This document shows, piece after piece, positions 1-9,585 of a DNA stretch of 64,000 bases. The stretch spans positions 288,001-352,000 of the forward strand of contig CAWGBN010000008.1 in NCBI GenBank assembly GCA_963820825.1, written 5' to 3'. The translations under genes were made by a program, and so were the position numbers. This DNA comes from Vulcanimicrobiota bacterium. Its GTDB lineage: Bacteria > Vulcanimicrobiota > Vulcanimicrobiia > Vulcanimicrobiales > Vulcanimicrobiaceae. How positions within the stretch are numbered: the first letter of the stretch is position 1; each line of letters starts with the position of its first letter. The notes under the pieces are model-generated. The model was not told where the DNA came from. It did not search any database and saw nothing but the letters and a program-made list of their open reading frames with translations.

Positions 1-420
1 AGCGTAGCCGAATGGCCGCAGATGACTCCTCAAACGCAAGCCGCGGTCGAACCCGTCCATCTTGCCGCCGTCAAAATCGGTCAACCAGGCGTCGTGATCG
101 TGTTTCAAGCCGTACGTCGCACCCAGCGAGACCGGTCTGAGCGCGACGCGCTGCCCACGCGAGTCGGTCGCATACTGCGCGATATCCGCACCGGGAATCC
201 CTTGGAAGAGGTAGTCGGGCGTCCGGTTCTCTTGAATGATGATGACGACGTGCTCGATCGGGGTCGGCAGCGCGCCGCCGATGAGCGAAGACTCCGCGGC
301 GCGTTGCGCGGGCGCCCGAGCGCCGGTGCTCCCGGGCGGCAGCATCGTCTGGTGCGGCGACGCACAGCAAGCAAGGGAGGCAACGAGCAGCGCGGCAACG
401 GGGATTTGCCGATAGGTCAT
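1..420 (-). CDS. Phosphoesterase (AcpA/PLC family) lipoprotein, 5' part; runs off left edge
   Basis: Translated by hand (not in ORF track): MTYRQIPVAALLVASLACCAS...PIEHVVIIIQENRTPDYLFQG...GKMDGFD. AAGGAG RBS upstream; same ENR motif as the paralogs. Confidence 0.85.
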   Translation of the reverse strand, partial: MTYRQIPVAALLVASLACCASPHQTMLPPGSTGARAPAQRAAESSLIGGALPTPIEHVVIIIQENRTPDYLFQGIPGADIAQYATDSRGQRVALRPVSLGATYGLKHDHDAWLTDFDGGKMDGFDRGLRLRSHLRPFGYA

Positions 421-493
421 CGCAAACTCCTTGAGCCCGATGCGTTTGCCGTCGCATCAATGGCGCCTGCAGGCTCCCGCCGAACTAGCCGCC

Positions 494-766
494 GTGCGAC
501 TCGACAAGTTCATGAAGGTCTCGCGGCTGGCCAAGCGCCGAAGCGAGGCCCACGAAGCGCTCGAGCACGGGCGGATCACCAAAGACGGAAAGGCGCTCAA
601 GCCGGGGTACCAGGTGCATCCCGGCGACGTGCTCGAGATCCACTATGCGACCAAGTTCGTCACGGTCCGCGTGCGTGAGGTGCCGCTGCGCGTAACGCCG
701 AGCCTCAAGCCCGCAGAGCTCTACGAAATTCTCGACTCGCGCAAGGATGACGCCGAGTGGCTGTGA
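494..766 (+). CDS. S4-domain RNA-binding protein (Hsp15/RqcP-like)
   Basis: MRLDKFMKVSRLAKRRSEA...GRITKDG..LKPG..V.PGD. GTG start at 494 within ORF 431..766. Confidence 0.85.
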   Translation: MRLDKFMKVSRLAKRRSEAHEALEHGRITKDGKALKPGYQVHPGDVLEIHYATKFVTVRVREVPLRVTPSLKPAELYEILDSRKDDAEWL

Positions 767-1629
767 TCTCGGCCGACACCAAAGACGCGCTCGCGCGCGA
801 GCTCCCCAGCGCCGGCCACTGCCGCGAAGCGCTCCTCGCCGGACTCGCCCTCTACGGCGGAGCGCGCGGCGAGTTCGTTACGCATCGCAACTCGGTTGCG
901 CGCCTCTTCTGGTCGCTCCTCGAAGAGCGTAAGTCGCACCCGATCGAGAGCCGCGCCCCGACGCGACTGCATCGGCTCCCGACGTTTGCCGTCGCGCTCC
1001 CCGCGCGTCTGCAGGGGATGCCGCCCAAGCCGGTCCATAAATGCGATCGTCTGATCGAAGTTCGCGCGGCGTTTCTTGCGTGCGGATCGTTGGCTGCGGG
1101 CAGTCACGGCTATCACCTCGAGTTCGTGCTGCGCGACGCCGACGTCGCGCAGCGCTTGAAGTGGATGCTTCGCAGCGCCGGCGTGCCGGCGAAAGAGGTC
1201 CGCCGCAAAGCGCGCAACGTTCTGTATTACAAAGACTTCGACGCAATCGCCGAGGTGCTCACGCTCGTCGGCGCCTTCGCAGCGGTGCTGCAGCTCGAAG
1301 ACGTCCGCGCGTTGCGCGAGACGAAGAATCGCATCCATCGCCTCGTCAACACCGAGGCTGCGAATCTCGAGCGCAGCGCGCAGGCGGCCGCGGCGCAGCG
1401 TCACGTCATCGAATACCTGCGCAGCGCGTACGGGCTCGGCCGTCTCAGCCCCGCATTGCGCGAGATTGCCGAGCTGCGCCTCAAACATCCCGACGAGTCG
1501 CTCGCGGAGCTCGGCCGGCGCTGTAATCCGACGATCCCCAAGCCGACCGTGAGCAGCCGCCTCGGCGCGCTCAACCGCCTAGCCGACCATTTGCGCGGCG
1601 GGCAGGTGAGCGTGAAAGCCGCCCGGTAA
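757..1629 (+). CDS. whiA: DNA-binding protein WhiA
   Basis: AFLACGS...YHLEF, RLVNTEAANLERSAQAA, LRLKHPDESLAELG; lies upstream of gap. Confidence 0.92.
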   Translation: MAVISADTKDALARELPSAGHCREALLAGLALYGGARGEFVTHRNSVARLFWSLLEERKSHPIESRAPTRLHRLPTFAVALPARLQGMPPKPVHKCDRLIEVRAAFLACGSLAAGSHGYHLEFVLRDADVAQRLKWMLRSAGVPAKEVRRKARNVLYYKDFDAIAEVLTLVGAFAAVLQLEDVRALRETKNRIHRLVNTEAANLERSAQAAAAQRHVIEYLRSAYGLGRLSPALREIAELRLKHPDESLAELGRRCNPTIPKPTVSSRLGALNRLADHLRGGQVSVKAAR

Positions 1630-1638
1630 ACGGCGCTT

Positions 1639-2652
1639 ATGCGCATTGGAATCAATGGCTTCGGCCGCATTGGACGGAACTTCACCAAAGCGATCGCGGA
1701 GCGGCATCCCGAGATCGAGATCGCTGCGATCAACGATCTGACCGACGCGCAGCAATGCGCGCACCTCTTCAAATACGACAGCAACTACGGCATCTATGCC
1801 GGCAACGTCGGCGCCGAGGATGGGAAGCTCACGATCGACCGCCAAACGATCCGCGTCTTCGCCGAACGCGACCCGGGCAAGCTCCCGTGGAGCGACCTCG
1901 GCGTCGACGTGGTCATCGAATCGACCGGGCTCTTCACCGATGCGGCCAAGGCGCGCGCGCATATCGATAGCGGCGGTGCGAAAAAAGTCATAATTTCGGC
2001 GCCGGCCAAGGGCGAGGACATCACGGTCGTGCTCGGCGTCAACGACGACCGCTACGATCCCGCGGTCCACAACGTGATCTCCAACGCGTCCTGCACGACG
2101 AACTGCCTCGCGACGGCCGTCAAGCCGGTCGTCGACGCGCTCGGCTGGGTCAAGGGCTTCATGACCACGATCCACTCGTACACCAACGACCAGAACGTCC
2201 TGGACGGCCCGCACAAGGATCCGCGACGCGCCCGCAACGCGGCGACGAATATCGTTCCGACGTCGACCGGGGCGGCGAAGGCGCTCTATCTCACGATCCC
2301 GCAAGTCGAGGGCACGTTCGACGGTTTCGCGCTGCGCGTGCCGACGCCGACGGTCTCGATGATCTATCTCGTCGCTCAAACGAAGAAGCCGGCGACGCGC
2401 GCCGAGCTCAACGACATTCTCCGGCGCGCGGCCGAAGGCGAGATGAGCAAGTACGTCGCGTACACCGAGAACGAGCTCGTCTCCAGCGACTTCAAGAAGG
2501 ATCCGCACAGTTCGATCATCGATTCGAAACTGAACAACGCCAACGGCGATCTCGTCCAGATTGCCGCCTGGTACGACAACGAGTGGGGATACTCGTGCCG
2601 GCTCGCCGAGCTCACCGCGATGGTGCTGGCGACGATTCCCGCAAGAGTCTAG
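1639..2652 (+). CDS. gap: Glyceraldehyde-3-phosphate dehydrogenase, type I
   Basis: GINGFGRIGR, SNASCTTNCL, WYDNEWGYS. Confidence 0.98.
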   Translation: MRIGINGFGRIGRNFTKAIAERHPEIEIAAINDLTDAQQCAHLFKYDSNYGIYAGNVGAEDGKLTIDRQTIRVFAERDPGKLPWSDLGVDVVIESTGLFTDAAKARAHIDSGGAKKVIISAPAKGEDITVVLGVNDDRYDPAVHNVISNASCTTNCLATAVKPVVDALGWVKGFMTTIHSYTNDQNVLDGPHKDPRRARNAATNIVPTSTGAAKALYLTIPQVEGTFDGFALRVPTPTVSMIYLVAQTKKPATRAELNDILRRAAEGEMSKYVAYTENELVSSDFKKDPHSSIIDSKLNNANGDLVQIAAWYDNEWGYSCRLAELTAMVLATIPARV

Positions 2653-2671
2653 CCCAGCTCGAGCCTTCCCA

Positions 2672-3853
2672 ATGCCTTTCCGGCGATTAACCGACCTCGA
2701 CGTGCGGGGTAAACGCGTCTTGGTGCGCGAGGATCTCAACGTGCCGATGAACGGCAATGAGATTCTCGATTACGCGCGGGTCGACGCCGCGATTCCGACG
2801 CTTCGGCGGCTGCACGAGCAGGGCGCGAAAACGATCGTGCTCTCGCATCTCGGGCGCCCCGACGGCAAACCCGACGTGCGCTACTCGTTGCGCCCGCTCG
2901 CCCAAGCGCTCTCCGACCGGCTCGACACGAGCGTGCGATTTGCCGAAGACTGCGTCGGCGAGGCGGCGGCGAGCGCCGTCGCGCAGCTGCACGACGGCGA
3001 CGTGCTCCTGCTCGAGAACGTTCGCTTCCATCCCGAGGAAGAGCGCAACGATCCGGCCTTCGCCAAACGCCTTGCCGCACTCGGCGATCTCTACGTCAAC
3101 GACGCCTTCGCAACCGCACATCGCGCGCACGCCTCGACCGAAGGCCTCGCGCACCTCCTCCCGAACGCCGCCGGCCTGCTGATGGAGGCCGAGCTCGCCG
3201 CGCTCTCGCGTCTGGTCGAGAACCCACGCAAGCCCTTCGTCTGCGCAATCGGCGGCGCGAAGATCAAAGATAAGATCGGACTGCTCGCGCGTCTCTGCGA
3301 GCTCGTCGACGCCTTCTGCATCGGCGGCGGAATGGCAAACACGCTGCTCGCGGCCTCCGGCGTCGACGTCGGCAGATCGCTGCGCGACGACGATCTCGAG
3401 CCGGCGCGTCAGGTTCTGGCCATTATTGCGCGGCGCGGGGTGAAGCTCGAGCTGCCCAGCGACGCGGTCATTGCCCCGAGCCTCGATGCCGAAAGCGCGG
3501 CGCGCGACGCGCCGATCGACGCCGTCGGCGACGAGATGATTCTCGACATCGGCGTCGAGACCGCGCAACGCTATGCGCGCACGATCGAGCAGGCAAAGAC
3601 GATCGTATTCAACGGCCCGATGGGCGTCTACGAACGCGCCGCGTACCGCCGCGGCACCGAGATCGTCGGCGAAGCGATCGCGCGCGCGACGTCGGCGGGC
3701 GCGGTGAGCGTGGTCGGCGGGGGCGATGCCGCCGCGGCCGCTCACATGCTCGGCTTTGCCGCAGAGATGACCTTCGTTTCGACCGGCGGCGGCGCGACGC
3801 TGGAGTATTTGGAAGGGAAGAGACTTCCTGGAGTCGCCGCACTTGAATCCTAA
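2672..3853 (+). CDS. pgk: Phosphoglycerate kinase
   Basis: DLNVP, SHLGRP, LLENVRF, NDAFATAHRAHAS, STGGGATLEYLEG; ATG at 2672. Confidence 0.98.
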   Translation: MPFRRLTDLDVRGKRVLVREDLNVPMNGNEILDYARVDAAIPTLRRLHEQGAKTIVLSHLGRPDGKPDVRYSLRPLAQALSDRLDTSVRFAEDCVGEAAASAVAQLHDGDVLLLENVRFHPEEERNDPAFAKRLAALGDLYVNDAFATAHRAHASTEGLAHLLPNAAGLLMEAELAALSRLVENPRKPFVCAIGGAKIKDKIGLLARLCELVDAFCIGGGMANTLLAASGVDVGRSLRDDDLEPARQVLAIIARRGVKLELPSDAVIAPSLDAESAARDAPIDAVGDEMILDIGVETAQRYARTIEQAKTIVFNGPMGVYERAAYRRGTEIVGEAIARATSAGAVSVVGGGDAAAAAHMLGFAAEMTFVSTGGGATLEYLEGKRLPGVAALES

Positions 3854-4610
3854 GCGCCCGCGCACGATTCTTGCAGGCAACTGGAAGATGCACAAAACGG
3901 TGCACGAGACCGCCGCCTTTCTCGATGCGTTTCTTCCCGCGGCCGCCGATTTGCCCGGCAAGGTCGAGATCGTTCTCGCGCCGCCCTTTACCTCGATTCC
4001 ATTAGCGGCGCAGCGACTCGCCGGTACGCGGGTACGGCTCGGCGCCCAGACGATGCATTGGGAGCTCAAGGGGGCGTTCACCGGCGAGATCAGCGCGCCG
4101 ATGCTGCGCGAGCTCGGCGTGACGTACGTCATCCTCGGGCACTCCGAGCGGCGCGCGTATTGCGACGAGACCGATCGAACCGTGAACTTAAAAGTGCATA
4201 CCGCGCTGCGCGAAGGTCTCACCCCGATCGTCGCCGTCGGCGAAACGCTCGACGAACGCAAGGCGGGCAAGACCGACGAACGCGTCGTCGCGCAGACGCG
4301 CGCGGCCTTTCACGGCGTTCCTGCAAGCGAACTAGCAACGGTCGTTATTGCCTACGAACCGATCTGGGCGATCGGCACCGGAAGCAGCTGCGAAGTGGAG
4401 GACGCCGATCGCGTCATGGGGACGATTCGTGGCTGCCTCGACGGCGTTGAGGCAACGCCGATCCTCTACGGCGGAAGCATGACGGCCGCGAACGTCGCGG
4501 GATACGTCGCGCGTGCGAACGTTAATGGCGGTCTCGTCGGCGGGGCTTCGCTCGATCCCGAAGTCTTCGCGACGCTGATCGCCAACGCGGCATCCGCCGT
4601 GTCATCCTGA
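3843..4610 (+). CDS. tpiA: Triosephosphate isomerase
   Basis: AGNWKM, GHSERR, AYEPIWAIGTG, LVGGASL. Confidence 0.98.
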   Translation: MNPKRPRTILAGNWKMHKTVHETAAFLDAFLPAAADLPGKVEIVLAPPFTSIPLAAQRLAGTRVRLGAQTMHWELKGAFTGEISAPMLRELGVTYVILGHSERRAYCDETDRTVNLKVHTALREGLTPIVAVGETLDERKAGKTDERVVAQTRAAFHGVPASELATVVIAYEPIWAIGTGSSCEVEDADRVMGTIRGCLDGVEATPILYGGSMTAANVAGYVARANVNGGLVGGASLDPEVFATLIANAASAVSS

Positions 4611-4612
4611 GC
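4600..4612 (+). repeat. Half-copy of palindromic repeat; contains the tpiA stop codon
   Basis: TGTCATCCTGAGC is identical to the left arm of the copy at 51399. Confidence 0.5.
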
Positions 4613-4615
4613 CGG

Positions 4616-6178
4616 ATGCAGTACCGTCCGGTCGTGCTTGCGGTGCTCGATGGCTGGGGCTGCCGCGAAGACCTGCACGGCAACGCGATCTCCGCCGCGG
4701 CGCTTCCGCACTGGCACGACCTATTGGCGCGTTATCCGCACACCGAGCTGCAAGCATCGGGAGAGTTCGTCGGGCTTCCGAAGGGCGTGATGGGCAACAG
4801 CGAGGTCGGCCACATGAACTTGGGCAGCGGGCGGGTCGTTCCGCAAGGCGTGACGGTCATCGACGCGGCCATCGCCGACGGCGCGTTCGCCGGGAACGAG
4901 ACGCTGCAGCGCGCTCTGGCGCACGTTGCCCGCAGCGGCGGACGGCTGCACCTCATGGGCCTGCTCTCCGACGGCTGCGTCCATAGCTCGATCGTCCATC
5001 TCTTTGCCTTGATCGACGCCGCGGTTGCGGCGAACGCGCCGCTCGCCGTTCATTGTTTTCTCGATGGACGCGACACGCCGCCGCGCTCGGCGCTCGGCTT
5101 CGTGGAGCGGCTCGAGTGCAAGCTCGGCGACAGCGGTCGAGCGGGCGCGATTGCCAGCGTCACCGGCCGGTACTACGCCATGGATCGCGACCGGCGCTGG
5201 GAACGCACGAAACTCGCCTACGACCTGCTGGCCGACGGGCAGGCCGAGTATCGCGCGGCCGATGCTTCGACGGCCGTGCGCGACGGATATGCTCGCAACG
5301 AGGACGACGAGTTCGTCCGGCCGACGATCGTCGGCGAGCCGCGTCCGATCGAGGACTGCGACGCCTTCATCTTCTTCAACTTTCGCCCCGACCGCGCGCG
5401 CCAGCTCACGACGGCCTTCAACGCCGGAACGAGCATCTATTTCGACGACGGCTTCGGCGTCTTCGCCTCAAAGCCGTATCGCGATCCATTCTTTGCGACG
5501 ATGACGAAATACGACGAGGCCTATACCAACCCGGTGCTCTTCGGACCGCGCCCGCAGTACGATACGTTCGGCGAGATACTCTCGCGCGAAGGGCTGCGCC
5601 AGCTTCGGCTCGCCGAGACCGAGAAGTACGCGCACGTCACCTACTTCTTCAACGGCGGACGCGAAGATCAATTCGAAGGCGAAGAGCGCACCCTCATTCC
5701 CTCCGATCGCACCGTGGCCACCTACGATCTCGCGCCGGCGATGCGCGCGCGCGAGATCACCGAGGCCGCGGTCGGGGCGATCGCCGGCGGCACGTACGAT
5801 GCGATCATCATGAACTACGCCAACGCCGACATGGTCGGGCATACCGGGAAATGGGATCCGACGATCGTGGGCGTCGAGACGATCGACGAGTGCTTAGCGC
5901 GCCTTGCGGATGCAGTGCTCGCGGCGGACGGGCTGCTCGCGATCACGGCCGATCACGGCAACGCCGAAGAGAAGATCGACGCGCGAGGGAATCCGCTCAC
6001 CGCGCATACGACCAATCCCGTTCCGTTCGTTCTCGTGGCGAAGCAGCTTAACGGAACCCTCGCGCCCGGCGGCAAGCTCGGCGACGTGGCGCCGACGCTG
6101 CTCACGCTCATGGGATTGCCGATTCCCGAGCGTATGACCGGACGGAATCTCTTCGTGCCGTTGCCGGCTGCCGGTTAA
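4616..6178 (+). CDS. gpmI: 2,3-BPG-independent phosphoglycerate mutase
   Basis: LDGWG, MGNSEVGH, LDGRD, AETEKYAHVT, DMVGHTG, TADHGN. Confidence 0.98.
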   Translation: MQYRPVVLAVLDGWGCREDLHGNAISAAALPHWHDLLARYPHTELQASGEFVGLPKGVMGNSEVGHMNLGSGRVVPQGVTVIDAAIADGAFAGNETLQRALAHVARSGGRLHLMGLLSDGCVHSSIVHLFALIDAAVAANAPLAVHCFLDGRDTPPRSALGFVERLECKLGDSGRAGAIASVTGRYYAMDRDRRWERTKLAYDLLADGQAEYRAADASTAVRDGYARNEDDEFVRPTIVGEPRPIEDCDAFIFFNFRPDRARQLTTAFNAGTSIYFDDGFGVFASKPYRDPFFATMTKYDEAYTNPVLFGPRPQYDTFGEILSREGLRQLRLAETEKYAHVTYFFNGGREDQFEGEERTLIPSDRTVATYDLAPAMRAREITEAAVGAIAGGTYDAIIMNYANADMVGHTGKWDPTIVGVETIDECLARLADAVLAADGLLAITADHGNAEEKIDARGNPLTAHTTNPVPFVLVAKQLNGTLAPGGKLGDVAPTLLTLMGLPIPERMTGRNLFVPLPAAG

Positions 6179-6241
6179 AAATTCAGAGGAATCACAGGCT
6201 CCTCTACGTCGGTTATCAGGCTCGCATGAGAGAGTACGTTC

Positions 6242-6355
6242 ATGGACGCACACGACGTACTGCTCGTAACGCGAGCCTTAATCTACTTCGTCTTTGCCGG
6301 AACGGCGACCGTTGCCATCGCCGTTCTCGCGCATCTGGTGCCGTCAATTGGCTAG
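6242..6355 (+). CDS. Small single-TM membrane protein (37 aa)
   Basis: MDAHDVLLVTRALIYFVFAGTATVAIAVLAHLVPSIG; GAGAGAG upstream; below the ORF-track cutoff. Confidence 0.45.
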   Translation: MDAHDVLLVTRALIYFVFAGTATVAIAVLAHLVPSIG

Positions 6356-6660
6356 CCATCGGTGCGGTAGCAGCCGCTGGCATCCACCGCGATGCGTCGT
6401 TCCCCGACCACGATCGCACGGATTCGGTGATCCCAGAAGGAGAGAACGTGCACCGCCGCCGGACGCAGCCTTGCGATGATCTCGCGAGCCCGCTGCGAAA
6501 CGGCGACCGCGTCCTTGACCCAGCGCGGTTGATCGTTTGGGAGAAGCGTCGTCTCGAGTTCGGCCTCGGCGACGACCGGGACGACCGCCTCCGAGCGACT
6601 CGCACCGATCTGTAGGGGCAGAGCGGCACTGGGCTCGTCGAGCTCAATGCGGCGCAACAT
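6352..6660 (-). CDS. Hypothetical protein downstream of the sigma factor
   Basis: 102-aa ORF overlapping the sigma gene end; no motif recognised. Confidence 0.45.
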   Translation of the reverse strand: MLRRIELDEPSAALPLQIGASRSEAVVPVVAEAELETTLLPNDQPRWVKDAVAVSQRAREIIARLRPAAVHVLSFWDHRIRAIVVGERRIAVDASGCYRTDG

Positions 6661-7321
6661 GCGCTTGCTGCTTTAGTTTGGCCAGAGCGGTGGTGTGCAG
6701 CTGCGAAGCGCGCTGCGGTGAGATCGCCAGACGCCGGCCGACCGCGCGCAACGAGGTTTCGTGGAAGTAGTGCAGGAGCACCACCTGACGATGACGCCGC
6801 GGCAAGGCCGAAAGCATTTCGGCAAGCTCGGCACGCTGCAAGCGCCGCTCGACGATGCGCGCCGGATCGTCGCTCCAATCGTAAGCAAGCGCTTCGCCGC
6901 GAGGAAGCGGCGCGTCGAGCGAGAGCGGCTGTCCGCGGTAGGCGGCCGCGACCGCGCGGTTATACCCGGGACATCGCCGCTCCATCTCTTGAGGGCTCGG
7001 CACGTCGCCCCGCTGCGCGGCGAGCGTATAGCGCTGATTCTCGCCCTCGCGTACGAGCCGGCGCGCCCGCTCCGAGACCGGATCCATGCGGCGTACGCCG
7101 TTAAGCATTGCGCCGACGATCAGCCGGCGCGCATACTCCGCGAGTTGCGGACCCCGCAATGGGTCGAAGGAGTCGACCGCTCGAATGAGCCCGATCGATC
7201 CGTCACCGACGAGGTCGTCGACGTCGAGACTCGGGACGAGCCGTTTGAGCCGCCGCGCGACCTTGCGCACCAGCGGAAGCAGCGCGCGGACCTGGGCGTC
7301 GCGTTCCGGCGCTTCGCTCAT
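6644..7321 (-). CDS. FliA/WhiG-like group 3 sigma-70 factor
   Basis: Region 2 DLVGDGSIGLIRAVDSFDP.RG; region 4 LPRRHRQVVLLHYF...ISPQRASQLH..AL.KL. Confidence 0.85.
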   Translation of the reverse strand: MSEAPERDAQVRALLPLVRKVARRLKRLVPSLDVDDLVGDGSIGLIRAVDSFDPLRGPQLAEYARRLIVGAMLNGVRRMDPVSERARRLVREGENQRYTLAAQRGDVPSPQEMERRCPGYNRAVAAAYRGQPLSLDAPLPRGEALAYDWSDDPARIVERRLQRAELAEMLSALPRRHRQVVLLHYFHETSLRAVGRRLAISPQRASQLHTTALAKLKQQAHVAPH

Positions 7322-7512
7322 CGCGCCCGCTCCAAGCTCGCTGCAACGAACGCTGCGAAACCGCGAGCATCGTGGCGCGCCATCTCGTTTGCAAGCTGAT
7401 CGAGCTCGTATTCGCCGAGCACGCCGGCGCCGTCGATCATCGGGCGAAGGATCGGCGCGAGCAGCATCGCCTCGAAGAGCTCGCCGGCGCGGCGCGCCGT
7501 CAGGCTATCCAC
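7318..7512 (-). CDS. Small FlgJ N-terminal (rod-binding)-like protein
   Basis: A.ELFEAMLL..IL.PM...LA.EMA....GFA pattern; ATGA overlap with the sigma gene. Confidence 0.55.
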   Translation of the reverse strand: MDSLTARRAGELFEAMLLAPILRPMIDGAGVLGEYELDQLANEMARHDARGFAAFVAASLERAR

Positions 7513-7608
7513 GCTGCCGATCGTCCAGCCCCGGAGAATCCATGCCCCAGATCATATCGGCCGATTGTTGCCGAAGGGTGATCCGGACGTTACGCAAAGG
7601 AGTCGTTC

Positions 7609-8046
7609 ATGAGTGACGCGATAGCCCCGGGTATTCAGGAGACGTTTGACCGGCTAAGCGATGCCTGGAAAAACGGCGACGGGGCGGCCTTTGCTGAGTG
7701 CTGCACCGAGGACGTCGACTTTATCAACTTGCTCGGCATGCACGTCACCGGACGGCGCGCCGTCGCGGAGCTGCACGAAAAAATCTTTCGCGGCCCGTAC
7801 AAGGGCAGCACCGTTGCCTTTACGATCGAGAGCGTTCGCACAATTTCGCCGACCGCATCGCTGGTGATCGCACCATCTCGACTCGACATTCCGTCCGGGC
7901 CGGTGAAGGGAATCGTCCTGAGCATCGCCAGCATCTTGCTCGTGCGCGACGACGAAGGCTGGAAGCTCGCTAACTTTCACAACACGCGGCGTGAGGCGAC
8001 CGAGGCCGACCATCTCGCCATCATGCGTAAGGCCGTCCGCGATTAA
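7609..8046 (+). CDS. SgcJ/EcaC-like NTF2-fold (SnoaL/DUF4440) protein
   Basis: AWKNGDGAAFA..TED.DFIN..G...GR, GWKLANFHNT; AAGGAG RBS. Confidence 0.8.
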   Translation: MSDAIAPGIQETFDRLSDAWKNGDGAAFAECCTEDVDFINLLGMHVTGRRAVAELHEKIFRGPYKGSTVAFTIESVRTISPTASLVIAPSRLDIPSGPVKGIVLSIASILLVRDDEGWKLANFHNTRREATEADHLAIMRKAVRD

Positions 8047-8052
8047 ACGTCG

Positions 8053-8781
8053 TCAACCACGCTGCAAGTTGTTGGCAATGCGCAGCATCTCGTCGGCCGC
8101 CTGAACCCCTTTAGCGTTCGCTTCGTACGCACGCTGGGCGGTAAGAATCTGCATCATCGCGTCGATGATCGTGACGTTCGACTCTTCGAGCATGCCGAAG
8201 CGCAGCTTCGGCCCGTCGTCGCAGCCGGGAACGACCATTCGCGCCCTGCCCGACTGCGCGGTCGCTTCGAAGAGCGCGCCGTCGCGGGCGCGCAACCGCT
8301 CCGGCGCGGCGAATTCGGCGAGCCGAATCCTGCCGATCACGCGCTGACCCTTGGCAAGGGTCGCGCGAACGGTGCCGTCGGCGTCGACCGTCGCCGCGAG
8401 TGCCTCCGCGGGAATTCGTACGCCGTCGAGGCGCAGATCGTGCGCGTCGCGCAGCGTGCCGTCGGCGGCGCGTGAAAACTCGCCGCTGCGCGTGTAGTAC
8501 TGCCGGCCGTGCGCGTCGACGACGATAAAGAATCCCGGACCGTCGATCGCCAGATCGAACGGTCCGGGGCTTCGCGCCAGCTTCCCCTGCGCGAAGAGTA
8601 CGCGCGCACCGAGCGGGACGGTGCCGACGCCGCCTTCGCCCGGCGCGATCAGCTCGGCAAAACTCTGTGCCGAACCTTTGAAGCCGACGACGCCGGCGTT
8701 TGCTAGATTATCCGCGATCGTTTCGAGATTGCGTTGCTGTGCGGCCATTCCGCTGGCCGCAGCGAAGAGCGCGCGATCCAT
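8053..8781 (-). CDS. flgG: Flagellar basal-body rod protein, FlgG-like
   Basis: AASGMAAQQRNLETIADNLAN..GFK, DLAIDGPGFF, YTRSGEF, LEESNV...QRAYEANAK..ADEML. Confidence 0.85.
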   Translation of the reverse strand: MDRALFAAASGMAAQQRNLETIADNLANAGVVGFKGSAQSFAELIAPGEGGVGTVPLGARVLFAQGKLARSPGPFDLAIDGPGFFIVVDAHGRQYYTRSGEFSRAADGTLRDAHDLRLDGVRIPAEALAATVDADGTVRATLAKGQRVIGRIRLAEFAAPERLRARDGALFEATAQSGRARMVVPGCDDGPKLRFGMLEESNVTIIDAMMQILTAQRAYEANAKGVQAADEMLRIANNLQRG

Positions 8782-8793
8782 AGCTCCGGCCTC

Positions 8794-9153
8794 CTAAGCG
8801 ATGCGAGCGGCTTCGGCGGATTTTTGGCGCGCCGAATCGATGGCGGCGACGGACTTCTGTGCGCTTTCGAAGGAGCGCTCGGCCGCGAGCACGTCGATCA
8901 TCTCGGCGATCGCATCGATCCCGCTCGAAGCATCGGGTTCAGCGGCGCGGCGGCCGAGGGCACCGGCGCGGATCCCTCCGGAGCGGTCTCCCGGACGCTC
9001 TCGCGCGATCGTGACGCCCAGCGCGGTCAGGAAACCGCGCGCGGCGATGCGCCGAAACCCCTTCGTCGAGACGTTCGCCAGATTCTCGGTCGCGATCTCG
9101 AGCCGCGTTCTCGCCGCGACCATCGCGCTCGAGGCCCACTCAATGCCGTCCAC
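8794..9153 (-). CDS. Short flagellar rod protein (FlgB/FlgC-like)
   Basis: ENLANVST.GF N-terminal motif and EMIDVLAAERSFE C-terminal motif; only 119 aa. Confidence 0.65.
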   Translation of the reverse strand: MDGIEWASSAMVAARTRLEIATENLANVSTKGFRRIAARGFLTALGVTIARERPGDRSGGIRAGALGRRAAEPDASSGIDAIAEMIDVLAAERSFESAQKSVAAIDSARQKSAEAARIA

Positions 9154-9197
9154 GACCGCATGGTAGCGCGCGAGTGTGGCCGAATCGTCTCCACGCG

Positions 9198-9557
9198 ATG
9201 AACGTCTCGCGCGTCTCCCACGCCGCCCTCGCGGCGCTCCTCGCCGCCTGCAGCTCGCCTGCCCCGCAGCAGCGCGTCGACGATGCCGAGCTCGCCGCGG
9301 TTGCGTCGCTCAAACATACGTATCCCGACGTCGTGATGGGCTTCGATATCAAACCCGAGACGACGCTGATCGTCAGCCTCGACCTACAGCATTACATCGA
9401 CGCCGACGACGATAGCGTCGCCGCGCTCAAGCGCGACGCACTCGCTGCCTGGCGCGCCGCTTGGACCGCCGCTCATCCGCATTCACACGCGATCCTCCGC
9501 GTGCATTTCATCGACTTCATCGGCCGCAGCGTCGCCTCGGAGACGACGACGGTTTAA
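9198..9557 (+). CDS. Hypothetical lipoprotein
   Basis: Lipobox LLAAC after a hydrophobic stretch. Confidence 0.7.
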   Translation: MNVSRVSHAALAALLAACSSPAPQQRVDDAELAAVASLKHTYPDVVMGFDIKPETTLIVSLDLQHYIDADDDSVAALKRDALAAWRAAWTAAHPHSHAILRVHFIDFIGRSVASETTTV

Positions 9558-9585
9558 CTCGGAGCGTTCGCCCGAGCCGATATAT

